A stretch of DNA of 64,000 bases from an uncultured delta proteobacterium (GTDB taxonomy: Bacteria > Desulfobacterota > Binatia > UBA9968): contig CAVYTU010000013.1 of the NCBI GenBank assembly GCA_963771465.1, positions 160,001 to 224,000 of the forward strand, written 5' to 3'. This document shows, piece by piece, positions 1 to 10,294 of the stretch. The position numbers and the translations under genes are program-made. The first letter of the stretch is position 1, and each line of letters begins with the position of its first letter. The notes below the pieces were generated by a model. That model was not told the origin of the DNA. It was given only the letters and a program-made list of their open reading frames with translations, and did no database searches.

Positions 1-1629
1 TTGCTCGCGCCGATGGTGAGCCGGTTGGAACGTTGGCGACTGAATCGCGGGTTGTCGGTCACGGTTGTAGTTTTGCTGACGATTGCAATGCTCGGTGGAA
101 CGATCTGGCTCGCCGGCTTGCAGGTGCGCAATCTGGTTGACGAGTTGCCCCGGTATCGCGCCAACATAAGACAGAAAGTGCGCGATTTGCGTAATCTTGA
201 AAAGCGCAGCGCGCTGGAAAAATTTGGCACTATGATGGGCCAGGTGCAGAACGAATTCAGCAAGAGCGGCAAGCCGGGCGTAGCGCTGGCGCCTTTGCCT
301 TCGCCAGCGACCGCAGCGCCGGTTGCGCCGTCGGATCAGCCGTTGATCCCGGATTGGATCAAGCAGCCGCTGGTGATGACGGGATTGGTTTTATTGTTGC
401 TGATTTACATGCTGGCGCAACGCGAAGAGTTGCGCAATCGTATTGTCGCGTTGATGGGCTACGGCAACCTGCCGATTACGACCCATGCCCTTGAAGAAAT
501 GGGCGAACGCGTCGGCAATTATTTATTAACCCAGTTGGCGATCAACACGAGTTTCGGTTTGCTGATTGCTATCGGTTTGGCCCTGATCGAGCTGCCTTAT
601 GCCTTTCTCTGGGGCTTTTTGGCGACGCTCTTAATCTTCGTTCCGGTGGTCGGTTTCTGGCTGGCCGCCGGGCTGCCGACTGCGCTCAGCCTGGCGGTGT
701 TTACCGGTTGGCTATGGCCTTTGGCGGTGCTCGGACTATTTGTCGTTTTAAAGACCGCCAACAACGTCTTGCTTGAACCGTTGCTCTACGGCAAAAGCGC
801 CGGTGTGCTGCAAGTGCCGCTGTTGATCCTGTTGGCGTTTTGGACCTGGCTCTGGGGACCCGTCGGATTGATCCTGGCGACGCCGCTCACCGTTTGTTTG
901 CTGGTGTTCGCTAAGCACGTGCCGCAACTGGAATTCCTAAGCTTGCTGATAAGCGATAAGCCGGCGATGACCTCGAGAATTGAACTTTATCAAAGACTGC
1001 TGGCGCTCGATTACGACGACGCGGCGGTCATCGTGGAAAATTTTCTGCGCGAGCACCCAAGCGAAGAAATCTACGACGGCTTGTTGCTGCCCGCGCTCTG
1101 CTACGTCAAAGCGGATCGCCGGCGCGGCGTTCTGAGCGAAACCCAGGAGCGTTTTGTCTTTGACAGCTTGGGCACCTTGCACGAAGAGTGGGTTAGCGAG
1201 GCGGCCGGCAGCGGCGCGCAATCGTCGACAGCCGCAAAAATTCTCCTGTTAGGCTGCCCGGCAGATGGCGAAGCCGACGAGATGGCGCTTTATTTTTTGC
1301 GCGTCCTGCTCGATGTGCAGCGCTTTGAGTGCGAGATCGTCGGCCCGGCCACGCTCGCGGCTGAGACCGCGGCGCGCGTGGGTGAACGGAGCCCGGCGGC
1401 GGTTGTCATCGCGGCGCTGCCGCCCGGCGGGCTGGCGCAAACCCGCTATCTCTGCAAACGGTTACGCCGAACTTTTCCCCAGTTAAAGATCATCGTCTTG
1501 CGCTGGGCTCTTGCGGAAGACCGGCAACAGGACCGCGAGTCCTGTCTCGCCGCCGGCGCTGACAACGTCGCGTTAACGATGCCCGAGGCGCGCGGCCAGA
1601 TCGGTAATCTTGCGTTGCTTAAGAATTAA
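1..1629 (+). CDS. AI-2E family (PerM-like) transporter with C-terminal B12-binding-like Rossmann domain; 5' end outside the window
   Basis: Multiple TM helices with AI-2E motifs (LLEPLLYGKS, FWTWLWGPVGLILATPLTVCL); soluble C-terminal cap plus alpha/beta domain; paralog of 16862..18679. Confidence 0.85.
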   Translation: MLAPMVSRLERWRLNRGLSVTVVVLLTIAMLGGTIWLAGLQVRNLVDELPRYRANIRQKVRDLRNLEKRSALEKFGTMMGQVQNEFSKSGKPGVALAPLPSPATAAPVAPSDQPLIPDWIKQPLVMTGLVLLLLIYMLAQREELRNRIVALMGYGNLPITTHALEEMGERVGNYLLTQLAINTSFGLLIAIGLALIELPYAFLWGFLATLLIFVPVVGFWLAAGLPTALSLAVFTGWLWPLAVLGLFVVLKTANNVLLEPLLYGKSAGVLQVPLLILLAFWTWLWGPVGLILATPLTVCLLVFAKHVPQLEFLSLLISDKPAMTSRIELYQRLLALDYDDAAVIVENFLREHPSEEIYDGLLLPALCYVKADRRRGVLSETQERFVFDSLGTLHEEWVSEAAGSGAQSSTAAKILLLGCPADGEADEMALYFLRVLLDVQRFECEIVGPATLAAETAARVGERSPAAVVIAALPPGGLAQTRYLCKRLRRTFPQLKIIVLRWALAEDRQQDRESCLAAGADNVALTMPEARGQIGNLALLKN

Positions 1630-1688
1630 AAATTTAAAAATCAAGAAAATTAGACGGAAAAAAATAATTAACTTACTAAGGACGCCGT

Positions 1689-2750
1689 ATGACAATCCCA
1701 ACCGAGCCCATCGGCAGCATCCCGAGACCTGCTAAACTGATCGAGGCGATCGCCACGCACGGTATCGATGATCCGTCATTAAAGCCGCTCTTCGAAGACG
1801 CAATCCGCGACACCGTCGAACGATTCGAGGCGACGAGATCGCCGGTGATCACCGACGGCGAGCAGAGAAAGTATCATAACTTCTGGACGTACAGCGTACA
1901 CGGATTGCCCAACGCGGCGGCGGACGGCTTTAAGATACCTTTCGTGGCCGGTCACACACGCAGGATGCTGCGGCTGACGGGCGGCCCTTTTCGTTACCAG
2001 CGCTACGCGGATAGCTATCTAGACTTGGCCTTGCGCTACGCTCACGTGCCAGTCAAGCAGGCGGTTATCTCGCCGTCGGCGCTGAGCCTGATGTACCCGC
2101 CCGAGGCGATCCCCGGTTATCCACGCGAGCAGTTCATTGAAGACCTGCTCCGCGAGCACGAGAACGAGGTTCGCGCCTGCCTGCTTAAGGGTGCGCATAA
2201 GGTGCAGATCGACTTCACAGAGGGTCGGCTCGCGCTCAAGATCGACCCCTCGGGAAATCTTCTTCACAGTTTTATTGATCTCAACAACCTAGCGCTTTCC
2301 CGATTCTCCGCGGAGGATCGCAAGCAGATCGGCGTGCACACGTGCCCCGGTGGTGACCTCGATTCAACTCACAGCGCCGATGTCGATTATGCCGAGCTGC
2401 TGCCGAGCTTGTTTGAATTGATGGTCGGGAACTTTTACATCGCGCTGGCGGGCGAAAGAGACCGCGTCCGCGTCCTGAAAATCATCCGCAAGTACATGAA
2501 AGCGGACCAGCGAATCTTCGTTGGCGTCGTCGCGCCGATTGATCCGCGCGTCGAGACGGTGGTGGAAGTTCGGGATCGGGTCCTCGAGGCGGCCGAGTTC
2601 ATTCCGATGGAGCAGCTTGGCACCACCGACGATTGCGGTTTTTCGCCGTTCTGCGATGACGCTTCGACGACCCGCGACATGGCCTTTGCAAAGATCGATG
2701 CGCGGGTACGGGGCACTGCGGTCGCAGCGCAGATTCTCGGAGGTGATTAA
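1689..2750 (+). CDS. Cobalamin-independent methionine synthase II (single-barrel MetE-like) family protein
   Basis: TEPIGSIPRP start, ITDGEQ, GVHTCPGG and DDCGFSPF zinc-ligand motifs; RBS aaggac. Confidence 0.85.
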   Translation: MTIPTEPIGSIPRPAKLIEAIATHGIDDPSLKPLFEDAIRDTVERFEATRSPVITDGEQRKYHNFWTYSVHGLPNAAADGFKIPFVAGHTRRMLRLTGGPFRYQRYADSYLDLALRYAHVPVKQAVISPSALSLMYPPEAIPGYPREQFIEDLLREHENEVRACLLKGAHKVQIDFTEGRLALKIDPSGNLLHSFIDLNNLALSRFSAEDRKQIGVHTCPGGDLDSTHSADVDYAELLPSLFELMVGNFYIALAGERDRVRVLKIIRKYMKADQRIFVGVVAPIDPRVETVVEVRDRVLEAAEFIPMEQLGTTDDCGFSPFCDDASTTRDMAFAKIDARVRGTAVAAQILGGD

Positions 2751-4774
2751 TGGCGGAGAGAGATCACGAGGAGGCTCGGCTTCGTTCCGTCGCTCTACAA
2801 AACGCCCGCAGCATTCGACTTGCCCGCCGGCGTGCCGAGGAGGCGTTGCGCAAGCAGTCGGAGTGGCTGCAAGTCACGCTCTCCAGCATTGGCGACGGGG
2901 TGATCAGCACCGACGCCGAAGGCTCTGTGAGCTTCATGAATGGCGTGGCTGAGTCCTTAACGGGTTGGACTCGGAAGTATGCGATGGGGCAACCGCTCGA
3001 CGACGTCTTCCGCATCGTCAATGAGTCAATACGCGAGAGCGTTGAAAATCCGGCTAAGCGGGTGTTGCGGGAAGGTGCCATTGTCGGGCTGGCAAACCAT
3101 ACTATCCTGATTGCGAAAGATGGCACGGAACGACCGATCGACGACAGCGCCGCGCCCATCTACGATGAGAAGCGGCGCATTGCCGGATGCGTACTGGTCT
3201 TCCGCGATGTTACCGAGTGGCGACGGGCGGAATCCAACCTGCGCCGTAGCGAACGCGAGCTCGCCGATTTCTTCGACAACGCTATCATTGGCCTGCACTG
3301 GGTCGGGCCGGACGGAGTCATCCTACGGGTAAACCAGGCGGAGCTTGATTTGCTCGGTTACGAGCGCGACGAATATGTCGGCCGGCACATCGCGGAGTTT
3401 CATGTCGAAAAGCCGGTCATTGGCGCTATCCTCGCGCGTTTAACCAAGGGTGAGGCGGTACGCGAGTGCCCGGCGCAACTGCGCCGTAAAGACGGATCGA
3501 TCTGCAACGTTCTGATAAATTCCAGCGCGCTGTTCGAGGGCGGTAAATTCATTCACAGTCGCTGCTTCACTCAGGATATCACCCAACTCAAACGGGCCGA
3601 GCAAGAACTCGCTGACCTCAGCCGCCGCAAAGATGAATTTTTGACGACCCTATCGCATGAGCTGAGAAATCCGCTGGCACCGATTCGCAATGCCGTGCAA
3701 ATTCTAAAGACGGTTGATTCTCCGGAACCCAAGCTGCGATGGTGCCGCGACTTGATCGACCAGCAAGTCAACTTGATGTCCCGCCTGATGGAGGATCTAC
3801 TTGACGTCAGCCGGGTCTTGACTGAGCGATTACCGTTGCGCAAGCAGTTGGTGGAACTACACACGGTCGTCGACGACGCGGTGCAAAGCAGCCGGCCACT
3901 CACCGAAGCCGGCGGTCATACGGTCACCATCGATCTGCCGTCTCATAGCATGATACTCGATGGTGATTCGGCCCGACTGATGCAAGTATTCAGCATTCTA
4001 TTGAATAACGCGGCAAAGTACATGGAAGACGACGGCCGGATCCACATAAAGGGCGACCTGGTTTCTCGAGAGGAGCACAACAGTATGCAAGAAGTGGTTG
4101 TCTCGATCAAAGATAGCGGCATCGGCATCGCGCCTGAAATGCTGCCGCATCTTTTCGATATGTTCTTTCAGGTCGATCGCAGCAAGGAACGTCATTACGG
4201 CGGCTTAGGGATCGGGCTTACGCTGGCGCGCAGTATTGTTGAGCTTCACGGCGGCCGCATCGCGGTTAACAGCGAAGGACTCGGTAAGGGCAGCGAATTT
4301 TTCGTGCACCTGCCGTTAGCCAAAACAGCCGGCCAGCCGGTCCAGGATGCCGTCGCTGGCAAGCCAGCGAATCCACGTTCGAGGCGTTGGTCCGGGTTGG
4401 TATTAGTGGTTGATGACAATAAGAATCAGGTTGAAAGTGTCACCGCGCTGCTGAAGATTTTCGGTTGCCAAGTGCGCGCAGCTCATGATGGTCTCAGCGC
4501 CCTTGAAGTACTTAAAGAGTTCACTCCCGAGTTTGCGCTGATCGACATTGGTTTGCCGGGTATCGATGGTTTAGAACTTGCCCGGCGCATCCGCAGAGTC
4601 AACGAGTATAAGAATATCGTGCTAATCGCGCAGACCGGCTGGGGAAGAGATGAGGATCGGGAAGAATCGCACCGAGCCGGTTTCGATTATCATCTAACCA
4701 AGCCGCTCAATTTCCAGCTGCTCGAAAAGATCTTAACGGGAGCGCGGCCCACGGCCGGGTCAAGCTCGGCGTGA
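2750..4774 (+). CDS. Hybrid sensor histidine kinase (2 PAS, HisKA, HATPase, REC)
   Basis: [22 protein letters not shown]-box, N/G boxes, C-terminal receiver; start overlaps the upstream stop (TAATG). Confidence 0.92.
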   Translation: MAERDHEEARLRSVALQNARSIRLARRRAEEALRKQSEWLQVTLSSIGDGVISTDAEGSVSFMNGVAESLTGWTRKYAMGQPLDDVFRIVNESIRESVENPAKRVLREGAIVGLANHTILIAKDGTERPIDDSAAPIYDEKRRIAGCVLVFRDVTEWRRAESNLRRSERELADFFDNAIIGLHWVGPDGVILRVNQAELDLLGYERDEYVGRHIAEFHVEKPVIGAILARLTKGEAVRECPAQLRRKDGSICNVLINSSALFEGGKFIHSRCFTQDITQLKRAEQELADLSRRKDEFLTTLSHELRNPLAPIRNAVQILKTVDSPEPKLRWCRDLIDQQVNLMSRLMEDLLDVSRVLTERLPLRKQLVELHTVVDDAVQSSRPLTEAGGHTVTIDLPSHSMILDGDSARLMQVFSILLNNAAKYMEDDGRIHIKGDLVSREEHNSMQEVVVSIKDSGIGIAPEMLPHLFDMFFQVDRSKERHYGGLGIGLTLARSIVELHGGRIAVNSEGLGKGSEFFVHLPLAKTAGQPVQDAVAGKPANPRSRRWSGLVLVVDDNKNQVESVTALLKIFGCQVRAAHDGLSALEVLKEFTPEFALIDIGLPGIDGLELARRIRRVNEYKNIVLIAQTGWGRDEDREESHRAGFDYHLTKPLNFQLLEKILTGARPTAGSSSA

Positions 4775-5009
4775 GTCGGCTTGCCGTTGGCCGTTCCATG
4801 GCCTGACGATCGTTATGCTGGTGCATAAAACAGCCGGCGCGAAAGTAATGGCATTGCCGGTCATTTGATTACTCCTTAGTTGAAATCGCCGCAAAACTAC
4901 GGCCATAAAATAGACACGCGTGACACACTGGCGAGGCCAAAACCAATGGAACAGTGAGCCGAATCATAACAATTGGAATGGCGGGAATGATTTGAACGCG
5001 CACATCGTG

Positions 5010-6695
5010 CTAACCCGACTTACGCTGGGGTGATTTACTCTGGGGTCGAGCTTGAGCTTGCCGTTCGAAACCGGGAAGGATCGCTTTGAAAAAAGCGTTC
5101 TGGACGATTCCCAAAATAGTTTCAAGCGTGCTGGTTTGCGGATTGGCAAGCTTGCCGCTGACATTAACTTCGGTTGCGACTTCGTCGCGCGGCGTGTTTT
5201 GTAAGACCCACGACAGGCCGCCGATAATTCCTTCATACAGCTTGCGAAAAATTCCTTTATCTTTATCTTGGCGCTGATCGTAAACGTCCATTTCATAGAA
5301 CAGCGGTTTTACATATCCTTCGATATTGCCGTTTCTGACTGAGAGTTCCGAATAGAACGAAAATAGTCCGGCGACCACGTCGAACTTGCCATAGGAGCGC
5401 CAGAGATTGTTCATTGACTTCATGTCTGTGTTTTCGATTGCCACCTTAAGCTCGAAGTCAGGTCCTTTGGGATTTGGCCGCGCCGTGAAGGCGATTTGGG
5501 TGGCGCCGCTGCCCATGAATTTGCCCCGTGCAGAGCCGGTCATGACGCCTTTGCTCGATTGATTGCTGAAGTTAGCAATTTGCAAGTCGAGCTCGTTCCA
5601 GAACACGCGATACTGTAGCTGGCGCGCCGCGTTGATAAATCCCAACTTGCCTTGAACCCGAACCTTATCGACGTTCACGACGAGGCTCGGAGCATCGCTG
5701 TATTTTTTGGCGGCGCTGTCGACTTCTCCGCCGGCCGTTTTGGCGACCGGTTCGGCCAGTTTGTGAATGTAGTCGACATCGGCATCTTGCACCTTCACCT
5801 CAGCTATTTCGATGCGCTCGGTTTTGGCGCCGTACTCGACCTGGCCGTAGGCGGATAAACGGCCCTGGCGCACGGTGATGTTGTAACGCTCGACGATCGG
5901 CTTGAAGTAGGCGAGATCGACATTTTCCAGAGCGAGGGCTTCGGATTTAAATGTGACATGAGGCTCGGCGAGGAGATCAGCGTGACCCTCGGCGCGAAGC
6001 TTGCCTTTTTCGAAGACTACGGCCTCGATCTGCACTGGCGAGGGATAAACGTTGGGATCGGATCTCACGTTGCGAATATTTTCCGCGAGCAGGGCGATCC
6101 TAGTTAACTCGAGAGGACGAAACGGCCCGTCATCGACGTAGGTAAGCGAACCCTCGCGAATCACGAAGCGGTTGATTTTAAGTGGATAGATTTCCTCGAG
6201 CGCTTGCTGCCAACCGCGTTCTTTCATCGGTACTTCATCGTCGAACTCTTTTTTCGCCTGTTTGCGATTGATGTAAAGTTTTGGCTTGTCGATTTCAAAA
6301 TCAGCTACCAGCCTTCCGCGTAGTAACGAGCGCCATTGGATGCCAGCGGTGAGATTGGCGATCTGCGCTACCGGCGGCTCGGGATTGTCGTTCTGACTGA
6401 TCACGGAGTTTTCGAGCTCGAGGGAAAGGCCGATGGGATGAAAGTCGAGCTTGCCAATACGCACCGTGTAGCCGGTGAGCGAACGGTTGAGGTTTGCCTC
6501 CATGCGCTGGCGCAACGGCTCATCGATAAAAAACGCCGCGAACACGATGAGCACAATTAGGACGATGAACAGAGCAGCGGTAAAAAACACCGCCTTCCGA
6601 GTTTTTGAACCGAAGAGGGTGTGGGTCAAGCCGGCACGCCACTGGCGCCCCCGGTGGCCCGAGCCGGAAGCATGGAGCCGTTCTGTTACACTCAT
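5010..6695 (-). CDS. DUF748/AsmA-like membrane-anchored protein
   Basis: N-terminal TM helix then repeated beta-rich segments; C-terminal GYVKPLF...NAFFKA typical of DUF748 proteins. Confidence 0.7.
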   Translation of the reverse strand: MSVTERLHASGSGHRGRQWRAGLTHTLFGSKTRKAVFFTAALFIVLIVLIVFAAFFIDEPLRQRMEANLNRSLTGYTVRIGKLDFHPIGLSLELENSVISQNDNPEPPVAQIANLTAGIQWRSLLRGRLVADFEIDKPKLYINRKQAKKEFDDEVPMKERGWQQALEEIYPLKINRFVIREGSLTYVDDGPFRPLELTRIALLAENIRNVRSDPNVYPSPVQIEAVVFEKGKLRAEGHADLLAEPHVTFKSEALALENVDLAYFKPIVERYNITVRQGRLSAYGQVEYGAKTERIEIAEVKVQDADVDYIHKLAEPVAKTAGGEVDSAAKKYSDAPSLVVNVDKVRVQGKLGFINAARQLQYRVFWNELDLQIANFSNQSSKGVMTGSARGKFMGSGATQIAFTARPNPKGPDFELKVAIENTDMKSMNNLWRSYGKFDVVAGLFSFYSELSVRNGNIEGYVKPLFYEMDVYDQRQDKDKGIFRKLYEGIIGGLSWVLQNTPRDEVATEVNVSGKLANPQTSTLETILGIVQNAFFKAILPGFERQAQARPQSKSPQRKSG

Positions 6696-6744
6696 AAAGT
6701 TTCGCTGTGCCTCTCGCGATCTCGAAGTCTTCAGATTCCGACTT

Positions 6745-8305
6745 TCACCCAGTGCTGGCGCGCCAGCCGCGCAATAACCGGCTTAGACTCGTCAGGCTTT
6801 TGGTTAGAAAAGAGTCTTTAGCGCGATCGCTGGGTTTATCCTTCGCCTCACGAGCGATCTCCGAGTCGAAAGGCAAGCCTTTAGGAAAAATCGTCGTTAA
6901 CCAGCGATATTCTTCCGAAGCACTGCGTATCGGGTGATGGCGTAAACGGGTCTTGCCGCTGTCGGCTAAACCATTCAAATAATCCACCAAACCTTCGGCG
7001 GCGCCGAGTCGATCGAAAGCTTCCGAGCCGAGCCCGGTATGCTCGGCCAGCAAGTTTGCCCGCGCAGCGCGAATCGAGCGGCTAAGCGCGCTGCCCGGCA
7101 CGTCGTCCCAGGCAACATTGAGTTCGGTGTCATAGCCCATGCTGCGGTTGTTCATGTTCGCCGAGCCGATGCTGAGAAAGCGGTCGTCGACCGAGAGCAG
7201 TTTCGAATGAATATAGGTCGGCACCTCGGTGCCGTCGGCTGCCATCGAGGCCGGATAATAAATGCCGAAGGAGTGGCCGGTTTCCGCGGCGACTTGTCTT
7301 AAGCGGCTAATGATCTGGCTCTGCACGATACTAATCGAGAGTTGCTCCAACAATCCGTCGGCATCTTTGGCGATGACCATAACGATTTGCAGGCGCCGGC
7401 GCCGATGCTGACGCATACGCTCGACCAGGGCATCCGATAGCGCTTCGGAACTGCAATATTGGTTTTCAATATAAATCAGCCGTTCGGCGGCATCGATGGC
7501 ATCGATAAACAGCTGGCGGATTTCGAGAATCGGTTTAGCGCTGCTGCGGCTCCGGCAAACCTCGGTGCGGCTGATTGCCACCTGTTGGGCGGCCAGTGGA
7601 AGGCTCGCGTCGAAAAGGCGGCCGGCTCGGTTCGCGCTTTGCCGGAGGCAGCTCAAGCCGATCACCACAGACGGTTTGCCAACGTTGTTTGAAGAGCTCC
7701 GCCAGCTGCTGAACGACGGGTCCGACGTGATACGACTGCAAGTCGTGGAAGGTCCGATAGGCAGAGCCATTACTATTGACTCGGAGTGGATTGTCCGGCC
7801 GATGATCGCGTTCATCCCAGCGGCTGTCGCAAAGATCGATGCCGCCAACAAAACCGAGAGTGCCATCGATGACAACGAATTTTTGATGATGCGAGGCATC
7901 GAACGATTCGCCGCTGTCGTAGCAGAACTTGAGACGTTCGTTGGTATTCTGATTGAAATACCAGTCTTGAAACCATTCGCGGTCGAGGCTGTAGATCATG
8001 CTGTAGTCCCAGGCGAGCATGTAAATGCATAGGGCGGGCTTGCGCTCGCAAAGCTCGTTGAGAAAATCTATGAGATGAACGTTACCTTGCGCCTGCTCGG
8101 CCTCGGCGCCGCGCAAGAGCGCGGTGCCGCTATCGAACTGCCAGCCGGAAATAAGAATGTAACGCTCGGCGGCTTGGGCGGCCTGATAGAAGGCTCGGTA
8201 ATAGTCGCATCCATCGACGAGCAAACCTGTCTGGCTCACCGAGCCGAGCCGCCAGCAATTGCGCCCTGGCGCCAACAGTGAATGGCTAGCCGGCGAGCGC
8301 AGCAT
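6745..8305 (-). CDS. Phospholipase D family protein, split by one frameshift near 7610-7630
   Basis: First HKD motif (SHHQKFVVIDG) in ORF 7535..8347, second (YIHSKLLSVDD...GSANMNNRS) in ORF 6745..7899; start at 8305 chosen to lie downstream of the promoter motif. Confidence 0.85.
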
Positions 8306-8362
8306 CCGGCGCAGTCGCCTGGACGCTCTCGTACGCCCCTTCAACATATTAGAAAATATTGA

Positions 8363-8377
8363 GCAAACGCTGCGCCA
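8363..8377 (-). promoter_or_regulatory. sigma54-type -24/-12 promoter for the PLD-DUF748 operon
   Basis: Minus strand TGGCGCAGCGTTTGC (GG-N10-GC). Confidence 0.7.
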
Positions 8378-8408
8378 GGTTAAACAAGATTATCTTTTCG
8401 CTGGGTTT

Positions 8409-8426
8409 TGTCTTAGATACGCGACA
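8409..8426. promoter_or_regulatory. 18-bp palindromic putative activator site (UAS)
   Basis: TGTCTTAGATACGCGACA, between two divergent sigma54 motifs. Confidence 0.55.
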
Positions 8427-8563
8427 AATTTTCTCTAGTTGTTGCGACATTGAGACGTTGCGTGGGACGCGTTTTCGTTGTGGAGGCATAAACAGCGAAA
8501 AGTGCAGCACTTACTTGCGACGCTCGTCCCATAATGCCCAGATCGACTTACTCGGGCCACAAG

Positions 8564-8578
8564 TGGCATATGACTTGC
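8564..8578 (+). promoter_or_regulatory. sigma54-type -24/-12 promoter
   Basis: TGGCATATGACTTGC, 35 nt before ATG 8613. Confidence 0.75.
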
Positions 8579-8612
8579 TGTTTAGAAGAGTTGTGAAGCA
8601 AGCGAGCACATC

Positions 8613-8885
8613 ATGGCAACAGAAGAAACAGCCGGACAGCAGATTGGAATGACAGCGATGTTGGCACTCTTGGCGTCCATCGCTGGCGTGATAGCGGTTT
8701 TTGTCGGTCAACCCGGGTGGGGATTGATGTTCGCAATATGCGCCGCGCTGCTCGGTGCCATCGGTTTTTTCATGTCGGCCTCACCGCGGGTGAGTGGCGG
8801 GATGATCAGCATCGTCGCCATCGTGATTGGAGTCTTCGGTATCGGTTTATCGGTGCTTGGCGTGATTGGCAGCGCGATTTTTTAG
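8613..8885 (+). CDS. Small membrane protein (3 TM)
   Basis: 90-aa hydrophobic ORF downstream of a sigma54 motif. Confidence 0.7.
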   Translation: MATEETAGQQIGMTAMLALLASIAGVIAVFVGQPGWGLMFAICAALLGAIGFFMSASPRVSGGMISIVAIVIGVFGIGLSVLGVIGSAIF

Positions 8886-8908
8886 AATATTCGGAAAGGA
8901 GGAGTGTT

Positions 8909-8983
8909 ATGAATTCGATTATTTATATCGTCGGTCTAGTCGTAGTGGTGTTGTTCGTTTTGGGTTTCTTAGGACTGCGCTAA
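8909..8983 (+). CDS. 24-aa single-TM peptide MNSIIYIVGLVVVVLFVLGFLGLR
   Basis: Strong RBS AAGGAGGAG, ATG 8909, TAA 8981-8983. Confidence 0.75.
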   Translation: MNSIIYIVGLVVVVLFVLGFLGLR

Positions 8984-9168
8984 AAATTTTTGAATGTCAG
9001 TCGTAATCCCCTTTAGTGAGCGCAGCGACGGTACTCGTTGTCGGCTGGCAGCGCCTTCGAATATGCTAGCCGTCGACGGGTGCTAGCTAACTACGAACGA
9101 AAGTGAAAGGGATAGTCTTGCCTCGCCGTAAGAACATAGCTGAGAAAGGAAAACTGCTTAGCACACAA

Positions 9169-9200
9169 CTATGCGAGGGAAGACTCCTCCCCTCGCATAG
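9169..9200. terminator. Hairpin between convergent genes
   Basis: CTATGCGAGGG-N10-CCCTCGCATAG perfect 11-bp stem. Confidence 0.5.
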
Positions 9201-9236
9201 CTAGATTGCCGAACGCAACACCCAATACTCGTTAAC

Positions 9237-9932
9237 TTAGTCGCTGCTGGTACCACTCTTGCTCGAACCGCTCTTGCTGGAACCGCCCTTGCTTGAACCG
9301 CTCTCGCTTGGAACGCCCTCGCCGGGAATGCCCTCGCTCTTACTGGAATCACTCTTGGTGGAACTACTCTTGGTGGAACTACTTTTATTGGTATCGTTCG
9401 TGGTGGAACCGCTTTTGGTAGGACTGCTGGATGCGCCGGTTCCAGCCCCGTCGCGGCTAGTAGGGTCGCTTGCTGTTCCGCTGCCTGACGAACCCGCACC
9501 GGAGCTGCTACGGCTGGAACTGCCGGGAGTGGAACTGCTACCGGAGGAGAGCGTTACGCCCAATGCGCTCGCCGTGCTGCTGTCGAGCTGTCCGCTAGTC
9601 TGAATATTCTGCGCGCGTTGGAAAGCCCGCAATGCTTGCTGTGTCCGAGGGCCGATGACTCCATCGACCGGTCCAGGATTATGTCCCTTTCCTTTTAAAG
9701 CTTCCTGAACACTTCGCACATCTTCCTGCGACCATTGACCGTTCATCGAAGACCTTCCCATTGAATCGGTGCTGCTCCGCGCCGAAGAAGCATCCGATGG
9801 CCGTGGCCGTTGTTGGTTTTGTTCAGTCGACGGTCCTGAGGTTCCCGGTGAACTTTGAGACCATCCTACCACTGGGCTCAGTGTCAAAGCGCTAAAAACC
9901 ATCCCCGAAATAATCACGCTATTTTTTCTCAT
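9237..9932 (-). CDS. Secreted peptidoglycan-binding domain protein with Ser/Gly/Lys-rich tail
   Basis: Signal peptide, VRSVQEALKGKGHNPGPVDGVIGPRTQQALRAFQ (PG_binding_1); RBS aagggg before ATG 9932. Confidence 0.85.
   Translation of the reverse strand: MRKNSVIISGMVFSALTLSPVVGWSQSSPGTSGPSTEQNQQRPRPSDASSARSSTDSMGRSSMNGQWSQEDVRSVQEALKGKGHNPGPVDGVIGPRTQQALRAFQRAQNIQTSGQLDSSTASALGVTLSSGSSSTPGSSSRSSSGAGSSGSGTASDPTSRDGAGTGASSSPTKSGSTTNDTNKSSSTKSSSTKSDSSKSEGIPGEGVPSESGSSKGGSSKSGSSKSGTSSD
9256..9420. repeat. Degenerate 15-bp coding tandem repeat (5-aa units such as SSTKS/GSSKS)
   Basis: ctcttgctcgaaccg ctcttgctggaaccg cccttgcttgaaccg ... ctcttggtggaacta x2. Confidence 0.7.
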
Positions 9933-9987
9933 GCAAATTTCCCCTTTCAAATTTTGTTTATTAGGCGTTGCGCTTCTCACCAATACC

Positions 9988-10002
9988 GCAAGGAGCATGC
10001 CA
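9988..10002 (-). promoter_or_regulatory. sigma54-type -24/-12 promoter
   Basis: Minus strand TGGCATGCTCCTTGC upstream of ATG 9932. Confidence 0.75.
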
Positions 10003-10114
10003 CCAACGAGCGCATATGGAGGATGAACGTTTAAAAATTGCTCTGCTTACGCGCGCATGTCTAGCCAGTGAAATCATCGGCGCTTGTACGAGGTCGAATA
10101 TTTTTTCTCTCAAG

Positions 10115-10164
10115 CGTCTTAGTATTGCGAAGCCCCATGCGGGGTTTGTCCCAATTAAAAGACG
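10115..10164. promoter_or_regulatory. Pair of putative UAS palindromes
   Basis: CGTCTTAGTATTGCGAAG (10115) and TGTCCCAATTAAAAGACG (10147), 32 bp apart. Confidence 0.5.
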
Positions 10165-10205
10165 TTGTACCACTCGGACACGGGGTGTGCGGTGGATAGT
10201 AGTTG

Positions 10206-10220
10206 TGGCATTACGCTTGC
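10206..10220 (+). promoter_or_regulatory. sigma54-type -24/-12 promoter
   Basis: TGGCATTACGCTTGC upstream of the GT4 gene. Confidence 0.75.
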
Positions 10221-10294
10221 TCAGAAAATGTACACGCGGGATTTATGCACATCTTCGACGGTCGTTCAGTTGCGAATCAGGAGGATTTGTTTAA

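Noticed and set aside
9256-9420. Short tandem repeats as a CRISPR or regulatory array
   Set aside because: No spacers; the 15-bp period is in frame within a CDS
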